In this document: positions 55,518-60,621 of the stretch, one piece after another
Numbering within the stretch: the first letter of the stretch is position 1
Layout: each line of letters begins with the position of its first letter
Virus record (IMG/VR): IMGVR_UViG_3300048930_000296
Location: 1-60,621 of that record
DNA length: 60,621 nucleotides
Strand: one strand, 5' to 3'
DNA from: a virus
Lineage: Duplodnaviria > Caudoviricetes
The notes under the pieces: model-generated
What the model was told of the DNA's origin: nothing
Seen by the model: the letters and a program-made list of their open reading frames with translations, nothing else
Databases searched by the model: none
Position numbers and translations under genes: made by a program

Positions 55518-55937
55518 ATGTCGCTTTTCAAGCAGTTCGCAACTGACCCGGAACTCGAGAAGAAGGGTATTCTTCTTGACTACGGCAAGAACGCTGATGG
55601 CACCAGCATCTGCATTCGAATTGCCCGCGCCGGGGGTGCCAACAAGCAGTTCGACAAGCGCATGGAAGCGCTGACGAAACCGATCCGCCGCCAGCTCCAG
55701 AACGAGACTGCTGAAGCTGAACAGATTGACACCATCTTCCGCAAGCTTTGGGCCGAGACCGTCGTCCTTGGCTGGGAGAATGTTCAGGACGAAGACGGAA
55801 AGCCGATTCCGTTCAACGTTGCGAACTGCGTGGCTCTGTTCGACAAGCTGCCCGATCTTTTTGCGGATATCCAGGAGCAGTCCCGCAAGGCTGCGCTGTT
55901 CCGCAAAGCCAACCTGGAGGCTGACGCAAAAAACTAA
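55518..55937 (+). CDS. Tail assembly chaperone (G)
   Basis: Follows tail tube gene; ends at a slippery site. Confidence 0.85.
   Translation: MSLFKQFATDPELEKKGILLDYGKNADGTSICIRIARAGGANKQFDKRMEALTKPIRRQLQNETAEAEQIDTIFRKLWAETVVLGWENVQDEDGKPIPFNVANCVALFDKLPDLFADIQEQSRKAALFRKANLEADAKN
55928..55934 (+). other. -1 programmed ribosomal frameshift site A AAA AAC
   Basis: GCA AAA AAC TAA; the -1 frame is open into ORF 55955-56299. Confidence 0.8.
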
Positions 55938-56299
55938 CTGACTGCCTTCTCTACATGCTCGAACAAGGGCCAACCGAGAAGGTAATCTTAGAGCAGTGCT
56001 ACCGGAACAAGATGCCCTTACCAGAGAGCATCAAGAACGCCCCTGAACTTCTTCCAGGGCTTGAACTTTTCTACGTTGCGTTCTTTGACTTGACGTCTTG
56101 CCGGACTGGGCTGCATTCTACCGAAGGACCTATCCAATGGACCGCAATGGACCGTTGGGCAGAGCGCTACCAACTGGACGAAGAACAGTGGGAAGACCTT
56201 GTCTACCATCTCGGTCAAATGGATGAGGCCTACCTGAAGTTTAAGACTAAGAAGTTGTCCAGTATCACAAAGCCACCGCCTACGAGGGGCAAGAAGTAA
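55928..56299 (+). CDS. Tail chaperone frameshift extension (GT)
   Basis: In frame with the -1 slip product. Confidence 0.78.
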   Translation, partial: KKLTDCLLYMLEQGPTEKVILEQCYRNKMPLPESIKNAPELLPGLELFYVAFFDLTSCRTGLHSTEGPIQWTAMDRWAERYQLDEEQWEDLVYHLGQMDEAYLKFKTKKLSSITKPPPTRGKK

Positions 56300-56770
56300 A
56301 TGGCAGGCATTGACATCGGTTCTCTGCAAGTTCGCATTGAAGCCCATGTCAATGCTCTGACCAGAAACCTCAGCGTTCTCACTCGGAACACTACCAGAGC
56401 GATTGTTAACCGGCTTGCTACGTCAACGCCTGTTGATACCGGGGACGCTGTTTCCAACTGGCAAGTGAGCTTGAACGGACCGCCAACAACCAGGCTTCCG
56501 CCTTATTTCCCGGGCAACGCTGGAAGCACTCGCGGTGAAAACGCGCGGGCCATGCTTATCGCTGCTCGCGCTGTAATTCCGAACTTCTACGTTGGGAAAG
56601 GTGACATCCTTTACATTGGAAACACCGCTCCTCATATCGAAAAACTGAACAAAGGAAGCTCGACGCAAGCTCCGGCTGGTTTTGTCGAAGCTGCTATTCT
56701 TGCAGGCTCGCAGCATGTAAGAAGTTCTGCTCCGATCATCACAGGAAAGTATACCGACGATGTCAGTTAA
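56300..56770 (+). CDS. Tail completion / neck protein (HK97 gp10-like)
   Basis: TPVDTG...NWQVS, N..PHI..LN.GSSTQAPAGFVE. Confidence 0.8.
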   Translation: MAGIDIGSLQVRIEAHVNALTRNLSVLTRNTTRAIVNRLATSTPVDTGDAVSNWQVSLNGPPTTRLPPYFPGNAGSTRGENARAMLIAARAVIPNFYVGKGDILYIGNTAPHIEKLNKGSSTQAPAGFVEAAILAGSQHVRSSAPIITGKYTDDVS

Positions 56771-59700
56771 TGAAGCAGTCGTTATCACCGTCAGAGAAGA
56801 CGGAGCACTTGTGGTCAAGCGGAACCTTGAATCAATGGGTGCTGCGGGAACGACTGCATCCAAAGGAATTGACCGGGTCAAGATGGCACTTGGCCAGATG
56901 ACCACAAGCATCACGAACGCCAACCCCGCGATGACCGCAATGCAGCAACGCATCGGAATCATTACGGGTTCGCTTGGAAATGTGATGAAATCAGCTCGGG
57001 ACAGCGCATCTGCGTTCTCGGGCTTCCAGACCGCAAGTGATAACGTCGATGCCCTGCGTGCATCGCTTGACCCCGCGTATGCGGCGCTCTTGAAGTTCAA
57101 CCAAGGGTTTGACCTGCTTGAGAGTTCTCTTGCCAGTGGCGCCATCAAGAACGAACAATACAGCAAAACTCTCGAGCTACTGATCCGTGACTACGATGGA
57201 AGCAGTGCGGCGGCACGTGAGTTCGCAACGGCGCAGACCGCGTTGCAAGGCAGGCTTGATTCGCTTCGTGCGTCGTATGACCCGCTCTTCGCTGCTTCAA
57301 AACGCTATGAGGCTGCGGTCGAGACACTCAACCAAGGTTTGAACGCGGGGCTGATGAGTGTTGCTCAGTATGAACGAGCTCTCGAAAGCTTGGGGCAGCA
57401 ATACCTCGTCACCGGCGCGCAATCCCAATCGCTCGGTGTTGCATCAGCGAACACTGCGAACCTCTTTGCGCAGTTCAACGATATTGGCGTCATGCTTGCA
57501 GCGGGGCAGAATCCGTTCCAACTTGCTATCCAGCAAGGCACGCAGATTAGTCAGGTGCTTACGGGCATCTCAACTGCTGGTGGCGGGGTCATGGGGATGC
57601 TTCGCGCCTTGGGTGCAGGCTTCATGTCCTTGATCAGCCCGATCACGTTGCTCACTGTGGGTATCATTGCCTTCGGTGCAGCGGGGTTCCAGTGGCTTAT
57701 GACTCTGATCCCTGAGACGGTCACTCTTGCTGATCGAATGGACGACCTTCGCGATTCTGTTGCTGCTTATCAAGAGATTGCTTCCGTTGCATCAGGAACA
57801 ACTGCTGAACTTACTGAACAGTTCGGACAGTCAGGCGTTGAGATTGGCAAAGCTGCACAGATTCTTTCCGAGTTTGTCCAAGCTCGCGCTATCACGCAAA
57901 TGAAGGACACTATCAAAGCTCTGTCTGAAGAGTATGGTGGATTCAGCAGGGAAGCGCTTGTTGCGTCTTACAGCCTCAGCGGTGTTGGTGGTATCATGTT
58001 TGAGATTGAAGCAACCATGGCTGATCTGCGTGAGCAGTTCCAGCTTGGAAAACAAGACGCTGCTCAACTGACCCTTGCGCTTGAAGCCATGTCGCTCGCG
58101 TCAACCCCCGAAGCTGCGATTGAGGCGTCTACTCGTTTCAACGAAGTGCTTCTGCAGATTTACGGGACTGCTGAAAAGGTTCCACCAGAGTTCCAAGAGA
58201 TGGCTATCGCGGCGGGTGAAGTGGCGCGGATGGGTGGTGAGATCCTGTCTGCCGAAGAGAAGATTGCTCAAGCTCGCGCTCGCAACTTGCAGATGCAGAT
58301 GCAGATCTATGCTGATTCGCGGATGGCTGCTGCCGCTGCTCAAGCTGAAGCAAACCAGATGATTGCGTCTTACCAAGAGCAGACGCGAATGCAGCAACTT
58401 ATCGCAATGTATGGTGAAGGTAGCGTTCAAGTCACTCGTGCCCGTCAGGCTGCTGAGATGGATGTTCTCCGTGCCCAGGTGCAGCAACTTGATGTCAGTC
58501 AAGACGTCAAGAACGCTATTCTGCAGGCAGCGCAAGCAACGAATAACGCGGTCAACGCCACCAATGCTTGGGCCGGTGCAATGGCAGGGGTTGCAGCGCA
58601 GATTCGGGGAATCATGGCCGCGCTGTCTTCGCTCGCTGGAACGATGATCAGCAACGCTTCAACTCAAGTCGAAATCCAGGCGCTGAAAGCAGGAAAGACG
58701 ATTGCTGAGGCGCGGATTGCTGCCACCAAGTATGAAATCGAAACTGAAATGAACGCCCGTGAGATGGCTGCGGGAAATATGTTCGAACGCGGTCTGGTTT
58801 GGATGGAAAAGAAAGCCAAGCTGCGTGCTGTCGACCAGGCTGAAGAGCTCACCGGGCTTCAAGCTATCGCAGCTGAGCGTGAGCGTGCTAATGCTGGTGG
58901 ATCTGGTGGTGGCGCTGGTGGAGGTAAGATTAGCGACCAGCTTAAGATGGAAAACGAACTGCTTTCTGAGGGGATTGGTAAGCGAGCTGAGTTCCTTGAA
59001 AAGCTGATGGCTGTGAATGCGCTTCTTGCTGACGAAAGTAGTGGCTACACAAAGAACGATGCGTTCCAAGAGATGAGCCAAATGGTTGGCGCTGATATCT
59101 TTGCTGGAACGCAAGAAGCAATCGACATGCAGCTTGAGCGCTTCCGCGTTATGTATGAGCAAATTGAGCTTATGCGTCAAGCTGACCTCATCAGCGAACA
59201 AACTGCGCGCCAAGCGATGCAGCAAGTTAACTTGATGTATGTCGAAGAGCGCCTGGCAAGTCAGAAAGCATTCTTTGGTGAACTAGCTAAGCTTTCGCGC
59301 AGTGGGAACCGAACGATTGCAGCAATCGGAAAAGCTGCGGCTGTGACGCAAGCTACAATCGACGGATATCTGGCAATACAAAAAGCTCTTGCTAGCCATC
59401 CTCCGCCGATGAACTACGCTATTGCGGCCGCTATCGGAGCGACGACTGCTGCCAATATTGCGGGCATCCTTTCACAGAACGCGAACTTTGCAACCGGGGG
59501 TTCGTTTGTTGTTCCTGGTAGTGGCGGGGTTGACTCGCAGCTTGTTGGCTTGCGCGCCAGCCCAGGAGAGCGTGTAACGGTGCAAACCCCTGCTCAGGTG
59601 CGTAAGGGCACAGAGGCTGCAAACGGCACCAGCGGGCAAGCTACGGGCGCTGCGCCGCAAGTCAACCAGCGGATCATCAACGTTGTTGACCCCGCGATGG

Positions 59701-59789
59701 TTGGTGACTTCCTTGCTACTCCCGAAGGTGAAGATGTCTTGGTGAATGTCATCACTCGAAGCGGTATCATGGGACGGAGCGGCGCGTAA
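56760..59789 (+). CDS. Tape measure protein
   Basis: 1009 aa, Ala-rich helical; QFNDIGV..AAGQNPF...IQQG.Q motif; C-terminal FATGG. Confidence 0.92.
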   Translation: MSVNEAVVITVREDGALVVKRNLESMGAAGTTASKGIDRVKMALGQMTTSITNANPAMTAMQQRIGIITGSLGNVMKSARDSASAFSGFQTASDNVDALRASLDPAYAALLKFNQGFDLLESSLASGAIKNEQYSKTLELLIRDYDGSSAAAREFATAQTALQGRLDSLRASYDPLFAASKRYEAAVETLNQGLNAGLMSVAQYERALESLGQQYLVTGAQSQSLGVASANTANLFAQFNDIGVMLAAGQNPFQLAIQQGTQISQVLTGISTAGGGVMGMLRALGAGFMSLISPITLLTVGIIAFGAAGFQWLMTLIPETVTLADRMDDLRDSVAAYQEIASVASGTTAELTEQFGQSGVEIGKAAQILSEFVQARAITQMKDTIKALSEEYGGFSREALVASYSLSGVGGIMFEIEATMADLREQFQLGKQDAAQLTLALEAMSLASTPEAAIEASTRFNEVLLQIYGTAEKVPPEFQEMAIAAGEVARMGGEILSAEEKIAQARARNLQMQMQIYADSRMAAAAAQAEANQMIASYQEQTRMQQLIAMYGEGSVQVTRARQAAEMDVLRAQVQQLDVSQDVKNAILQAAQATNNAVNATNAWAGAMAGVAAQIRGIMAALSSLAGTMISNASTQVEIQALKAGKTIAEARIAATKYEIETEMNAREMAAGNMFERGLVWMEKKAKLRAVDQAEELTGLQAIAAERERANAGGSGGGAGGGKISDQLKMENELLSEGIGKRAEFLEKLMAVNALLADESSGYTKNDAFQEMSQMVGADIFAGTQEAIDMQLERFRVMYEQIELMRQADLISEQTARQAMQQVNLMYVEERLASQKAFFGELAKLSRSGNRTIAAIGKAAAVTQATIDGYLAIQKALASHPPPMNYAIAAAIGATTAANIAGILSQNANFATGGSFVVPGSGGVDSQLVGLRASPGERVTVQTPAQVRKGTEAANGTSGQATGAAPQVNQRIINVVDPAMVGDFLATPEGEDVLVNVITRSGIMGRSGA

Positions 59790-60614
59790 TGGCTTTGATT
59801 GCACTTGAAGCGTTCTGGGAACACCAGTCAGTTTCGAACGATGTTCCAGCAAATCCTGCTCTTGTCACAGTTCCGTCAACGAGCTGGTCAGCCGCTTCTT
59901 TGTCACCATTTGGTGAAGGCGATTTCACTGATTCACCACTCACACCTCCTAACACCGCATGGGCTCGCGCAACTGGGCTCTGGATTCGACGTGGTGTCAC
60001 GCTCAACGGACAGGCTCCGATTCTAATCAAAGGGAACTGCGAACAAGCAATGTATCTCTATTTTGACGGAGATTACGTTGGCACTCTTAACCCGACGAAT
60101 GCAGCTAGGTCAGATAACCCCGAATACAATGTGGTCATTCCTGTAGAACTTGCAACGACAGGAACTCACGAGATTGCTCTTCTTTGCCTTGATGATACGG
60201 GAGTTCTAACGCCCGACATAAGTTACATTTCGGTTGAAGCTGATTACCTTCCAGCGTTCTTTCCTTTTCAACCTGAAGCTCCTGTAAATGAAGAGCTTAC
60301 TTGGTTCACTGATCTGATTGTTGCAAAGGATGGTTCTGAAGAGAGGCGTCAGATCTCCCAATACCCGAGACAAAAGTTCACTTACCTCTATCCCGCTATT
60401 GCTCGCAAGAAAGCTAATGCGCTGAACATTGTTTGGGGAGCTCTTCCTGATCGTTGGTTGGTTCCGGTATGGCCGCAAGCTGAACGCTATGGCGCAATCA
60501 GTGCAGGGTTGACCACACTTGCCGACGTCAACCTTAACAGCGAGCTTCGTGCTCCTGGCCTTATGCTTCTTTGGCAGAGCGATTCACAGTGGCAGGTTAT
60601 AGGATTCGATTCTT
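59789..60614 (+). CDS. Distal tail/tail assembly protein, N-terminal part (continues at 127)
   Basis: In frame across the overlap; E.L.WFTD...DGSEER motif. Confidence 0.8.
60489..60614. repeat. Terminal direct repeat, copy 2
   Basis: Identical to 1-126; the last 7 nt (aaaacct) do not match. Confidence 0.95.
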
Positions 60615-60621
60615 AAAACCT

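Noticed and set aside
55928-55934. Tail chaperone frameshift as a novelty
   Set aside because: It is real but is a well-known feature of long-tailed phages, so it is listed only as a feature.

Overview
The window is an apparently complete, circularly permuted genome of about 60.5 kb from a lytic siphophage with a Gram-negative host (endolysin plus spanins; the promoter style and BR0599-type tail tip suggest an alphaproteobacterium, by inference). Bases 1-126 repeat at 60489-60614 as an assembly overlap that splits one 529-aa tail gene. The + strand arm (38.6-60.6 kb, continuing into 1-6.8 kb) carries accessory, lysis, packaging, head and tail genes. The - strand arm (6.9-38.5 kb) carries small early genes, two helicases, a primase, ligase, RNase H, a Sak4/SSB/exonuclease module, a 7-deazaguanine DNA-modification operon, a sliding clamp and a family-B DNA polymerase. 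The most interesting signal is inside the modification operon (queE-queC-[..]-queD-folE-dpdA). Two translationally coupled extra genes sit there: a class-III PLP aminotransferase, and a HAD phosphatase fused to an ArcS/DUF5591-like domain. Together they suggest a phage-made amine is attached to preQ0 to give a possibly undescribed hypermodified base. A second signal is a set of 95-129 bp windows with no GA or TC dinucleotide, two of which carry a 17-20 bp motif found again near 35.9 kb; these may be modification-free islands. I also found an iteron-rich origin candidate, a promoter-driven structured ncRNA candidate and conserved leader hairpins. No integrase, tRNA or CRISPR array was seen. All calls come from reading motifs by eye; no database searches were run.
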